Below are positions 9,539-18,524 of a DNA stretch of 26,891 nt, one piece after another. The position numbers were made by a program, and so were the translations under genes. The stretch lies in sequence record SRR22947725_6733, one strand, 5' to 3'. Numbering within the stretch: the stretch's first letter is position 1; each line of letters opens with the position of its first letter. Below the pieces are notes generated by a model that did no database searches, was not told the origin of the DNA, and saw nothing but the letters and a program-made list of their open reading frames with translations.

Positions 9539-11047
9539 TTACCATCGAATGTTGGTCAGGTTGACGACTTCCAGTTCCCAATTCGCGAAAGTTTCGGCGA
9601 AAGTAAGGACACCAAACGTATCGAAATCATACCGGTTGCCCACCCCGTAGTTGCTGTCTGGAGCCACATTGAATGTGTAAGCTGCCCCTTCGACGAGTTT
9701 TCGCATGTTTCCTGTTTCCAGGCTCAATGCTTGCAGTGAACTTTCATTTTCCGCTGGAGACGGTGGGCGTGTTTCCTGCCAGTGTCTGAATACGCCATGA
9801 CTGTGCACCAGGCGACGCATCATTGGGTTTGGGATTCCAGAATGTTGATGTGCCCTGAAGACAGCTCTTACCTTGTTTTTGGATGAGGAGCCCTCTTTCA
9901 GCACTTTACGGGTTAGTTCTTTTCCGTAAACCCACGCCCTCCCCGGAAAGATAGTCAAGTTGGCTTCTTCGCTGGTGATGCTGAAATCGTTCCACATGAA
10001 ACCAAGAATAGTCGGGGTGGTGGGGCTTGTAGGGGTGAAATCCTTCCAATTGCTTTGTGCGATTCTATTCCCGTTGTTGCCCAAAATGGGAGTTAAATCC
10101 TTGTGAGTATCCAGAAAGGTCTTTTGTTTGATATCACCAAGTAAATGAAAGGCGACTGGAGTCGCGTGATCAAGCAGTGCCGCTGGAAGGTAGCCTGGTT
10201 CTATGCCTCCGTGATTGCATTGGATGTAATCATTTCCATGACCGGCATATATGACGACGGGTAGAAAATCGTAGATGCGTGATAGTCGTTTAATTGGAAA
10301 CTCAGGGCCATACTTGGAGGTTGCTTCCTTCAGGAAACCATAATTCATCGTCAATTGAATATCTTCATGATTGCCCCGCGCCATCCAGATTTGTCCGGGA
10401 TTCTCGACACGCAATCGAAGCAGCACATACATGACCTCTACCCCATAGGCTCCCCGGTCGGTGTAATCACCAAGGAACATCATGTTTAAATTAGGGTCAG
10501 TTGCCTTGAAACCGTCCAGAGAGCCCTCACGATTCAGGTGTTTGAGCCACTCATTGACGGAGTGTAAATCTCCATGCAGATCTCCGTGAAATAAAACTTT
10601 TGCTTCTCGATCAAAATGTAGTTTCTGAGCAAAAGGTTCGAATGGGATGCCCCCTTGCTCAAAATAAGCTTTGGATGTGTTGAAGAAGGTTTCCTTTGAT
10701 GGTTGATCGCCCAGCCAGTTTTTTTTAATTGAAAGAGGGCCTGTCAGCTGCTGCTCAAAAAACTGGTCAAGCAGCCACTTGAACTCCTTCAGGTCCTTTA
10801 GAGGGAGTTGATCTTTGCTTGGGAGACGGCCATTGAGTTTTCTGTTGGCTGGCAAAGGATTGCACTTGTCAATCCAGTCATCAAAAGAGGTCAGCGCAAC
10901 GGCATCGATTGCTTCAGGGGAATTGATGGCTTCAGGAAGAAGGATTTCTTCGGGCTGGGTTGAAGTCTGGATTTTATTTGAGCTCTGGCCGCATGAAATG
11001 TTCAGACTGAGAAGGCTGGCAACGAAGATGGTTCTTATGACGCTCAT
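9539..11047 (-). CDS. Ser/Thr protein phosphatase (PPP family metallophosphoesterase), exported, possible lipoprotein
   Basis: GDLHGD, GDYTDRG, RGNHE, HGG, MWND and RAHQ motifs. N-terminal signal MSVIRTIFVASLLSLNISC. Confidence 0.88.
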   Translation of the reverse strand: MSVIRTIFVASLLSLNISCGQSSNKIQTSTQPEEILLPEAINSPEAIDAVALTSFDDWIDKCNPLPANRKLNGRLPSKDQLPLKDLKEFKWLLDQFFEQQLTGPLSIKKNWLGDQPSKETFFNTSKAYFEQGGIPFEPFAQKLHFDREAKVLFHGDLHGDLHSVNEWLKHLNREGSLDGFKATDPNLNMMFLGDYTDRGAYGVEVMYVLLRLRVENPGQIWMARGNHEDIQLTMNYGFLKEATSKYGPEFPIKRLSRIYDFLPVVIYAGHGNDYIQCNHGGIEPGYLPAALLDHATPVAFHLLGDIKQKTFLDTHKDLTPILGNNGNRIAQSNWKDFTPTSPTTPTILGFMWNDFSITSEEANLTIFPGRAWVYGKELTRKVLKEGSSSKNKVRAVFRAHQHSGIPNPMMRRLVHSHGVFRHWQETRPPSPAENESSLQALSLETGNMRKLVEGAAYTFNVAPDSNYGVGNRYDFDTFGVLTFAETFANWELEVVNLTNIRW

Positions 11048-11295
11048 GATTAAGATAGGCTTTCAAAGACACGACGGATGATCAGCTTCCAACCGCCATG
11101 CAATATACACACTCTGAATCCAAATAGATGTGCAGTCAAGATTCCTGCCCGCACCTTGTCCAGTGACGATGACCAATCAAGGCATGCCAGATGTCCTTTG
11201 CACACCCATTTACGAATGTAGATTAGCATGCTCCATGATCTTTTCTTGGAGCAATTCCACTTGCACAAACCACGCGGTGAACGTAATGCATGGGT

Positions 11296-11859
11296 ATGAA
11301 AACGCCTGTTGAGAAATATCGGATGGTAACCTGGGTCGCATTCATAGTCACTTTCGTGATGTCTTCGAGTGCTGTTGATGCCTCGGAATTCCATGACTTT
11401 GTGGTAAGTGACACCAAGTTTGAGGCTCCCGTCTCCTGGGTGAAAATTAAACCTTCATCTTCGATGCGCAAAGCACAGTTTGCTGTCTCAAGGGATGGGA
11501 TAACTGACAAAGGCGAGATTGTCTTCTTTTACTTTGGCCCTGGGGGAGCGGGGGGCACCAAGGCCAACGTACAGCGTTGGTATCGTCAATTCAAAGAGCC
11601 AGAAAACCAGCTGGAAGCCCAATCTGAGAAAATCACCGTGGGCGCTCACTCCGTTACTCTGGTGAAAGCCTCCGGTACTTTTTTAAGCGGTTCTCCGCTT
11701 GGCCCAAAAACGGCCAAGGCTGGCTATGCATTGTTGGGAGCAATCCTTGAGGCTCCCAAAGGTCATATTTTTATCAAGTTCACCGGACCGCTCGATTTGG
11801 TGATCGACACCGAGAAAGAGTTCAAAGAGATGGTGAAAAAAGCCAAAATATCGCGCTGA
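11296..11859 (+). CDS. Conserved secreted hypothetical protein (ANxxRWxxQF family)
   Basis: Signal peptide ending AVDA; SSMRKAQF, FYFGPGGAGGTKANVQRWYRQF and FIKFTGP. Start uncertain (11290, 11296 or 11323). Confidence 0.7.
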   Translation: MKTPVEKYRMVTWVAFIVTFVMSSSAVDASEFHDFVVSDTKFEAPVSWVKIKPSSSMRKAQFAVSRDGITDKGEIVFFYFGPGGAGGTKANVQRWYRQFKEPENQLEAQSEKITVGAHSVTLVKASGTFLSGSPLGPKTAKAGYALLGAILEAPKGHIFIKFTGPLDLVIDTEKEFKEMVKKAKISR

Positions 11860-11932
11860 ACTGCCACTATTCGTATCATAAAAGCATTTCAAACTTGCCT
11901 TTTTCGTTGGGATCTCAAAGATAGCAGCCCTT

Positions 11933-12628
11933 ATGAGTTCAGAAACAACAGAATCAACCGGAATGATTGACCTTCTGGCGTGGTTTGAAACCAACAAGCA
12001 GAAACTGGTGTCCGGCGGCGTGATCTTCCTCATCGTGGCTCTTGTTGGTTACTTTTTCAATTGGAAAACCACTCAGAGCGAATTAGATGCATCCGATGCG
12101 CTTTATAAAGTTCGTGCAGCTGCCAGCAAAGCGGAAGAAACGACCGTTGACCCTGCCAATTTGCTTAAAGTGGTCTCTGATCACTCCGGCACTGCTGCTT
12201 CGGGCCGTGCTTTGCTTTTTGCTGCCAATTCTTATTTCAACGAGGGGCAATATGCAGAAGCTCAAAAGCAGTTCGAATCTTTCCTGAGTGGGAATTCGGA
12301 CAGCCCTCTTCGCAACAGCGCAATGTATGGCGTGGCTGCTTGCAAAGATGCTCAAGGACAAACCTCCGACGCAATAGATGATTATCGCCGTGTGGCCAGT
12401 AGCTTTGCGAACACATTTATCGCTTTTCAGGCGAAACTGGCATTGGCTGGCCTATACGAATCACAGGACAAAGCCAAAGAAGCCTTGGGTGTGTATGATG
12501 AACTTTCATTACCGACGATTCCTGTTTCCTACAGCATGGAAGCTGGTTCCCGACGTGAGACCCTGCTGAAAAAGCATCCTGAACTGGCTCCTGCCGAGGA
12601 AGTCGAAGAGACCATGAGTGCTGAATAA
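11933..12628 (+). CDS. Membrane-anchored tetratricopeptide repeat protein (YfgM-like)
   Basis: WFETNK followed by a single TM helix, then Ala-rich TPR helices (YFNEGQYAEA, AKLALAGLYE). Confidence 0.8.
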   Translation: MSSETTESTGMIDLLAWFETNKQKLVSGGVIFLIVALVGYFFNWKTTQSELDASDALYKVRAAASKAEETTVDPANLLKVVSDHSGTAASGRALLFAANSYFNEGQYAEAQKQFESFLSGNSDSPLRNSAMYGVAACKDAQGQTSDAIDDYRRVASSFANTFIAFQAKLALAGLYESQDKAKEALGVYDELSLPTIPVSYSMEAGSRRETLLKKHPELAPAEEVEETMSAE

Positions 12629-12657
12629 TAGCTTGGGTATCGATTTTGGATCACATG

Positions 12658-12690
12658 CGGTGGCGCTCCTTGAGCGGCCACCGTTTTTTT
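12658..12690 (+). terminator. Rho-independent terminator
   Basis: CGGTGGC-GCTC / loop CTT / GAGC-G-GCCACCG: an 11-bp GC-rich stem with a 1-nt bulge, followed by T7, 29 nt after the TPR gene stop. Confidence 0.8.
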
Positions 12691-12705
12691 GTTAAATCAA
12701 CCACC

Positions 12706-13116
12706 ATGAGAAAGCACACCGCTATTGAAGTTGCCGCTGCGTTGGTTTTTCGAAATGAGAAATTATTGATCGCTCGGCGGCCTTCAGGAGTGCATCTGGC
12801 AGGGTTATGGGAATTTCCAGGAGGAAAGCGTGAACAAGGGGAGTCCTTCGAATCATGCCTGCAGCGAGAAATTTGGGAAGAATTGGATTGTGGCATTGCA
12901 GTGGGCAGTCTTGTCTTCAAGAATATTCATTCCTATTCAGAAAAGACCGTTGATATACGCTTCTACCATTGTACATTAACTCAGGGAGAGCCCAGGGCGA
13001 TCGAATGTGACGCGCTGGAATGGATCACTAAAGATCAAGTCGCAGATTACTCATTCCCTGAAGCAGACGTCGCGCTATTGGAGCATCTGGATCGCTGTCC
13101 TCATCTATGGGTATGA
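12706..13116 (+). CDS. mutT: 8-oxo-dGTP diphosphatase / NUDIX hydrolase (MutT/NudG-like)
   Basis: HLAGLWEFPGGKREQGESFESCLQREIWEEL Nudix box; FPEAD near the C-terminus. Start at ATG 12706, because the track's longer start runs through the terminator. Confidence 0.88.
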   Translation: MRKHTAIEVAAALVFRNEKLLIARRPSGVHLAGLWEFPGGKREQGESFESCLQREIWEELDCGIAVGSLVFKNIHSYSEKTVDIRFYHCTLTQGEPRAIECDALEWITKDQVADYSFPEADVALLEHLDRCPHLWV

Positions 13117-13208
13117 GTCATATCAATTTTGCCTTTCAATCGATCGTTGGATCTCCCACGCTTGAATTCCACTCATATCACTGTAAACGCGAAAATTTTA
13201 TAAATTAA

Positions 13209-13385
13209 ATGCACTCATTTATCGAGCTTGAATGCCCATTTTGCGGAGCGGAATGTGTGGTGCCAGTAGACATGGTTGAGGGGGGGGCTGAACTTGTCTC
13301 TGATTGTGAAAACTGTTGCAGACCTTTTCGCTTGCGCGCTTGCATGGAGCAGGGGGAGATCTCCGATTGGTCGGTTGATATTTAA
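13209..13385 (+). CDS. CPXCG motif-containing cysteine-rich small protein (58 aa, probable zinc ribbon)
   Basis: Below the ORF-track cut-off. Translated by hand: MHSFIELECPFCGAECVVPVDMVEGGAELVSDCENCCRPFRLRACMEQGEISDWSVDI*. CPxCG plus DCxxCCRP is the signature of the Cys_rich_CPXG family. Confidence 0.88.
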   Translation: MHSFIELECPFCGAECVVPVDMVEGGAELVSDCENCCRPFRLRACMEQGEISDWSVDI

Positions 13386-13471
13386 ACTCACGCACTTTTT
13401 CATTAGGTGATTTTTTGGTAGCTCACTTTGCAGTGGGACTGAACATGAAAAAGTGGTAGTGATTGTTGGTG

Positions 13472-14197
13472 ATGAAGATGTTCACAGTGATCTTAATTGG
13501 AGTTATCGTTTCTTTTCAAAGCGCACTTGATGTTTCAGCTGATAACACTGAAACGGTTAAAGCTTTCATGGACGACCAGCAACCGGGCTGGCGTGCGTTG
13601 ACAAAAGGTGATTTTACCCACGTCAATAGCGCGAAAGATACATGGTCTTGGAAGGAAGGAGTGCTTCACTGCACGGGAAAACCTGTAAGCGTTCTGCGAA
13701 CTACAAAGCAGTATGAGAATTTTGAGATGGTGGTGGAGTGGAGTCATCAGAAATCTGCCGGCAACTCTGGTGTGTTTGTGTGGGTCACCACTGAATCCAT
13801 CAAAAACCTGACGGACAAGGGGAAACCTGGATTGCCTGATGGCATCGAAGTTCAAATCCTCGATCATGGCTACACCGAGCGCGTTAAAGCAAATGGTGGT
13901 AAAACAGATTGGTTCGGGACTAATGGAGACGTTTTTCCTGTGCGTGTGAAGATGACCCCATTTCCTCCCGTCTCACCCAATGGACAGCGTAGCTTTCCAC
14001 GCAAGCATCTTGCAAAGGGTCATGGTGAATGGAATCATTACTACATACGCGCTATCAATGGCGAAGTGCGATTATGGGTGAATGGCGAAGAGGTTTCCGG
14101 TGGTACTGATTGTGATCCATCTCAAGGTTTCCTTTGTTTGGAGAGCGAAGGTTCTCCTATCATTTTCCGCAAACTGAGGATTCGTGAACTGCCTTGA
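13472..14197 (+). CDS. DUF1080 (3-keto-disaccharide hydrolase-like) secreted protein
   Basis: Signal peptide ending VSA; YENFEMVVEW, GNSGVF, GIEVQILD, GEWNHY, GFLCLESEG and FRKLRIREL. Confidence 0.9.
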   Translation: MKMFTVILIGVIVSFQSALDVSADNTETVKAFMDDQQPGWRALTKGDFTHVNSAKDTWSWKEGVLHCTGKPVSVLRTTKQYENFEMVVEWSHQKSAGNSGVFVWVTTESIKNLTDKGKPGLPDGIEVQILDHGYTERVKANGGKTDWFGTNGDVFPVRVKMTPFPPVSPNGQRSFPRKHLAKGHGEWNHYYIRAINGEVRLWVNGEEVSGGTDCDPSQGFLCLESEGSPIIFRKLRIRELP

Positions 14198-16152
14198 TCC
14201 CTCCGAGAGCCATCCCGACTGTGTCAGGAAACGTCATCAGAATCATCGCGTTGCTTTCAGGTTGCCTCTCTGGTTGGGCGGCAGATCCTGTTTTCGACGT
14301 CAAGGGATTCATAGGGCAGTATTGCTATTCCTGTCATGGCGGGGATAAAGTCAAAGGTCAGGTTGATTTCTCTTTCTTCGAGACGGATGATGCACTTGAG
14401 GTGAATTTTGAGCTTTGGGAAACGGCAGCGGCCCTTATAAATGACAGGGAAATGCCACCTGAGGATGCGAAGCAACCCACGGATGAGGATCGCGTCCTTT
14501 TCGCTCAGTGGTATCAGGACAAGTTTGTGAATTCACTTGAAGCTCATCCGGGTTTCTTCAGATCACGACGGTTTTCTGCAGAAGAATATCGAAATACTCT
14601 TCAGACTTTGTTTGGTTTCGATTTGGAGGTGCAAATTATCGAGGCACAGCAGACCGTGGTGGAACGTTCTCTGGTTATGAAACTCCTGCCAACCGATCCT
14701 CCGGGGAAAAGCGGTTTCACCAATGACACACACAGAAACCCTCTGACCACTCTGATATGGAGTCAGTATTCGTATTTAACGGATACCGCCCTCGATCAAT
14801 GGTTTGGGGCGCAGAATCTTGATACCTTCAGCCCCGTCATTGATTCCAAAAATTTCAAAGGTAGCTCACACAGGGAGGCAACCCAGTTGCTGGGTGCGTT
14901 TCTGCCACGCATTTTCCGGCGACCTTTGGAGCCTCAAGATCTAGAAGCAAGGTTGGAGCGAGTCAAATCTGCCAGGAATCCTTATTCGGTTTTGAAACAC
15001 GAAATGAAAGCAGCCCTCATGTCGCCGGGCTTTCTTTATCGAGGGTTTTTCATGCGGCGCCAGCCCGGAATTCAGCAACGTGTGGATGCCCATGAGTATG
15101 CTGAGCGACTGTCTTACTTTTTATGGGGTGATATGCCTGATGCTGAACTGATGGATCTGGCTGCCGAGGGTGTCGTGTTTGAATCCGACGTGGTAGCAGA
15201 GCAATTAGATCGCATGCTGCAATCATCCAAGTCACGCTACCTTTCGGAAAGTTTCGCATTCCAATGGTTTTCGCTGAGTGACATAGATGAAGGGGTGCGC
15301 CAGGTCCCGGTGCGCGAAGTCATGCGCAGTCAGATTCTTGACTTCATGCATTACCTTTTTACTGAAGATCGTCCCCTGATGGAATTGATTGATTCAGATG
15401 TCTCTTTCGTGAGCCCCTTGATTGCGAAACATTATGGTAAGGATCGCAATCAGTTGAAACCTTACCGCAAGCAAAAAGGCATTGAGTTGGAAATTGTGCC
15501 GACTCAGCGCATTCAACTGCAATACACAAAAGAGCGAGGTGGGTTATTGACCATGCCGGGTATTCTGGCCATGAACCGAGGGCCGGTAATTCGTGGAACG
15601 TGGATGCTGGAGCGAATCCTTGGTGAGCATTTGCCTGATCCTCCCATGGATGTTGGGCAGGTGCCCCCTCAACAACCAGGTGAAAACCTGAGCTTTCGTG
15701 AGCGATTTGAATTGCATCGCGATCAAGCATCTTGTGCTTTGTGCCACGACAAGATAGATCCACTTGGTTTTGCTGCAGAGGGATTTGATCGACAGGGAGC
15801 CTTTATTCTGAAGGATAAGAAAATGCTGCCAGACGGGGAAGTCAGGTATCTTAATAAGAAAGGGGAGCAGGTGGATACAACGGGGATCATGCCCAATGGA
15901 ACAAAATTCACCGACTTTGATTCGCTGAAGGAAATCCTGCAAACGGAATACAGATCGCAGATTGTTCGCAACATCGTTGAGCGCACCTTGTCTTTCGCCT
16001 TGTGCCGTTCGTTGGAGCTTTATGATCAGCCAACTGTGGATTCCATAGCTTCAAATATGGAAGAAACAGATGGCACTTATCGTGATTTATTGCTAAGGAT
16101 CGTTCGTAGTCTCCCGTTTCGTGAAACATTTGTGAGAGCTGAACCGTTATGA
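14194..16152 (+). CDS. DUF1592-family planctomycete-type cytochrome c protein (DUF1587/1595/1592/1588/1585 domains)
   Basis: CxxCH at 14323-14337 (CYSCH) with distal EMPP, and at 15733-15747 (CALCH); EYRNTLQTLFG; ALMSPGFLYR; RLSYFLWGDMPDAEL; RGGLLT; IDPLGFAAEGFD. Start TTG 14194 (overlaps upstream stop) or GTG 14221. Confidence 0.9.
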   Translation: MIPPRAIPTVSGNVIRIIALLSGCLSGWAADPVFDVKGFIGQYCYSCHGGDKVKGQVDFSFFETDDALEVNFELWETAAALINDREMPPEDAKQPTDEDRVLFAQWYQDKFVNSLEAHPGFFRSRRFSAEEYRNTLQTLFGFDLEVQIIEAQQTVVERSLVMKLLPTDPPGKSGFTNDTHRNPLTTLIWSQYSYLTDTALDQWFGAQNLDTFSPVIDSKNFKGSSHREATQLLGAFLPRIFRRPLEPQDLEARLERVKSARNPYSVLKHEMKAALMSPGFLYRGFFMRRQPGIQQRVDAHEYAERLSYFLWGDMPDAELMDLAAEGVVFESDVVAEQLDRMLQSSKSRYLSESFAFQWFSLSDIDEGVRQVPVREVMRSQILDFMHYLFTEDRPLMELIDSDVSFVSPLIAKHYGKDRNQLKPYRKQKGIELEIVPTQRIQLQYTKERGGLLTMPGILAMNRGPVIRGTWMLERILGEHLPDPPMDVGQVPPQQPGENLSFRERFELHRDQASCALCHDKIDPLGFAAEGFDRQGAFILKDKKMLPDGEVRYLNKKGEQVDTTGIMPNGTKFTDFDSLKEILQTEYRSQIVRNIVERTLSFALCRSLELYDQPTVDSIASNMEETDGTYRDLLLRIVRSLPFRETFVRAEPL

Positions 16153-17732
16153 AATATCGAATTCATCGACGTACTTTTTTAAGAGGGGCAGCAGGTGCGT
16201 TGTTACCGTTGCCTTGGCTGAATCTTATGGAAGCGTCGGTCAAAACTCGTTCTCAAGCATCACCTCCGTTACGTTTCATGACCCTCTTCAAGCCGAATGG
16301 AGTGCATCCTCCGTCTTGGAATATCAATGGAGGCTCTGAGTTTGATTTCCGAATGTCGCCTTTGATGAAGCCGTTCGAGAAGCATAGAGATGATCTGCTG
16401 ATCCTGGATAACATGGGAGACTTTGGTTTCTCGTCCCATGCAAGTTCAACAAGACGTTTTTTATCGGGTCATCATGAAAACAAAGCATCGGCCTCCATTG
16501 ATCAATTAATTGCAGATAAAATTGGCAATGAGACCCCTCATCGTTCTCTTGAGTTGACGACTGAAGGGCTGTTTCCGAGCCAAATCGGTTGCAGTTATAT
16601 CTCCTATGATCACAAAGGGCAGCCCATACCACGTGAAAGCGATCCACAATTGGTCTTTGATCGGTTATTTCGCAACCCGATGCAGCACCCTGAAAAGCGG
16701 CGCCATATGTCGAGTCTTCTTGATCGTGTTCGAGAGGATACGAACGCATTGAATCGTCGCACCGGATACGAAGATAAGCAGGTGTTGGATGCTTATCTTA
16801 CCGTTGTTCGAGAAACTGAGAAAAGGTTGGAAAACCTTGAGAATTCCGTCATTCCTGCTGTTGAGGTATCGGACTCGCAAAGACCGCCAAGGGCCTTGAA
16901 TTTGAATGAACAGGTTGAATCCATGATCGATTTGATTTCATTGGCACTCTGGACTGATTCTACACGCTGCATCAGCTACATGCTGGGAAACAGTAACAGT
17001 CGCATGATTTTTGATTTCTTGGGGATCAAGGAACAACACCATTATCTATCTCATTTCTTTCGCAATTTCAGTCGATCCAATATTGATGCCCTCTTGAAGA
17101 TCAGTCTCTGGCACATGGAGAAATTCGATTATTTGCTTAACAGGCTCAAGTCCTATCAGGATCAGCATGGAAGTCTTCTTGATCACACCATGGTGATCTT
17201 CGGTTCAGGAATGGGGCATAGTGATAATCACACGGTCAAACGTATTCCCATGATATTAGCTGGAGGCAAAGGTCGTATCAAAACCGGTCGATACGTTCGA
17301 TATGCCGAAAATCAGGAATTGGGTCGATTGCATCTCGCATTGATGCAGCAATTTGGTGTGTCGCCATCTGAATACGCCGGTGTCCAAACGCCGTTGCCGG
17401 GATTGGATGACTCATCGTATGAGGCCTATCAGGAGCAGCCCTTTCAGAGCTGGGTGAAAAGCGACGTGAATAGCGTGATTGTTCAGGGGCGTTTGCGATT
17501 GTCTGAGGACCTCAATGAAGCAAGGATATTTTACATGGATGTTGATAGACATCCTTCGATCCGGATCGATGTATCGTTTCGCGATTTCCATCATTTCAAT
17601 TTGGCATATCATTGTGGTACACCGATCACTTTATCGGGGAAAGCCGAGGATCGTGACGGACGCACCACGATCACCAAGATCAAGTCGCTGCAATCTCTGT
17701 ACGGAAAAATGCCGGATAGCTTAAATGGCTAG
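16149..17732 (+). CDS. DUF1552 (HXXSHH) Tat-exported protein with C-terminal extension
   Basis: Tat motif HRRTFLRG; LPLPWL, PNGV, SIDQLIA, DPQLVFDRLF, SLLDHT..FGSGM and PMILAGG. ATGA overlap with the upstream gene. Confidence 0.9.
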   Translation: MKYRIHRRTFLRGAAGALLPLPWLNLMEASVKTRSQASPPLRFMTLFKPNGVHPPSWNINGGSEFDFRMSPLMKPFEKHRDDLLILDNMGDFGFSSHASSTRRFLSGHHENKASASIDQLIADKIGNETPHRSLELTTEGLFPSQIGCSYISYDHKGQPIPRESDPQLVFDRLFRNPMQHPEKRRHMSSLLDRVREDTNALNRRTGYEDKQVLDAYLTVVRETEKRLENLENSVIPAVEVSDSQRPPRALNLNEQVESMIDLISLALWTDSTRCISYMLGNSNSRMIFDFLGIKEQHHYLSHFFRNFSRSNIDALLKISLWHMEKFDYLLNRLKSYQDQHGSLLDHTMVIFGSGMGHSDNHTVKRIPMILAGGKGRIKTGRYVRYAENQELGRLHLALMQQFGVSPSEYAGVQTPLPGLDDSSYEAYQEQPFQSWVKSDVNSVIVQGRLRLSEDLNEARIFYMDVDRHPSIRIDVSFRDFHHFNLAYHCGTPITLSGKAEDRDGRTTITKIKSLQSLYGKMPDSLNG

Positions 17733-18068
17733 AATCGCTGATCATCACATCAATGCCTTTTTGTCGGAGCGTTTAGCGTAAACGCGCTCTCAAATCAACG
17801 GCTCAGGGGCATATTCACAATCAAGAGTAACCTTGTTCCTCTGGTGTTTATTTAAGGTATGGTTTTTGGATTGATTGGTAAGGGCCTTCGGTAGATAGGG
17901 ATGCTTTTTCAAATCAAGACGGTCAATCCTTATGTGTGTGCTACTTCTTTATTCGCATAGGTTGAATGGACGGTAATTTTAAAATTCCACCGCAGAGTTT
18001 GTTTTATGGCGAAGCCTGGGCAGGACATTCAGCTACATCTCCTGAACAACGAATAGCGCAATCGGGCC

Positions 18069-18488
18069 TCAGATATAGTACATTTCCCTTGTCTGATTGT
18101 CTTCTTCCATAATAGCCCGGAAATGGATCGAATCAGCAGTTTTATCCAGGCAGGATTGCATCTTTTCCCAGGCAGATTTCAAAGCCTGAGGGCATTCATT
18201 GTTGCCAAGTGCGGCAGGTTCAAAAATGTCGCCGTGAATGCAGCGCAGGATTTCACCGAAGGTAATGTCCTCCGGAGCTTTATTGAGTAGATAGCCTCCT
18301 TCTTTGCCTCTGATGCTCTTGACGATTTTCTGTGATTTTAATTCGATCAGGATCTGCACGAGATAGTTCTGAGGAATATTTTGTTCCTTAGCCAAGTCTT
18401 CAATACGCAAGGCTTTTCCGGATTGGTATTGTCGAGACAATCCAAGAACCGCACGTGCTGCATAATCACTTTTAACCGAAAGTTTCAC
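18069..18488 (-). CDS. Rrf2 family transcriptional regulator (CymR-like)
   Basis: KLSVKSDYAARAVLGL, QNIPQNYLVQIL, SIRGKEGGYLL and C-terminal MYYI. Start GTG 18488 is preferred because it gives the usual MKLS N-terminus and fits the promoter position. Confidence 0.93.
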   Translation of the reverse strand: MKLSVKSDYAARAVLGLSRQYQSGKALRIEDLAKEQNIPQNYLVQILIELKSQKIVKSIRGKEGGYLLNKAPEDITFGEILRCIHGDIFEPAALGNNECPQALKSAWEKMQSCLDKTADSIHFRAIMEEDNQTREMYYI

Positions 18489-18495
18489 TTCAACC

Positions 18496-18524
18496 ATCCT
18501 AAGACAATACGGAACTCAGGGCAA
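18496..18524 (-). promoter_or_regulatory. Putative sigma70 promoter of the Rrf2 gene (leaderless type)
   Basis: Minus strand: TTGCCC-17 nt-TAGGAT-7 nt-GTG. Confidence 0.55.

Noticed and set aside
17767..17789. Hairpin GCGTTTA-GCG-TAAACGC after DUF1552
   Set aside because: No U-tract follows it on either strand, and I saw no second copy to suggest a REP-like repeat.
17733..18068. 336-nt gap between convergent genes as a possible sRNA or small ORF
   Set aside because: Only very short ORFs and weak hairpins; no recognisable RNA family. It would need an Rfam search or RNA-seq.
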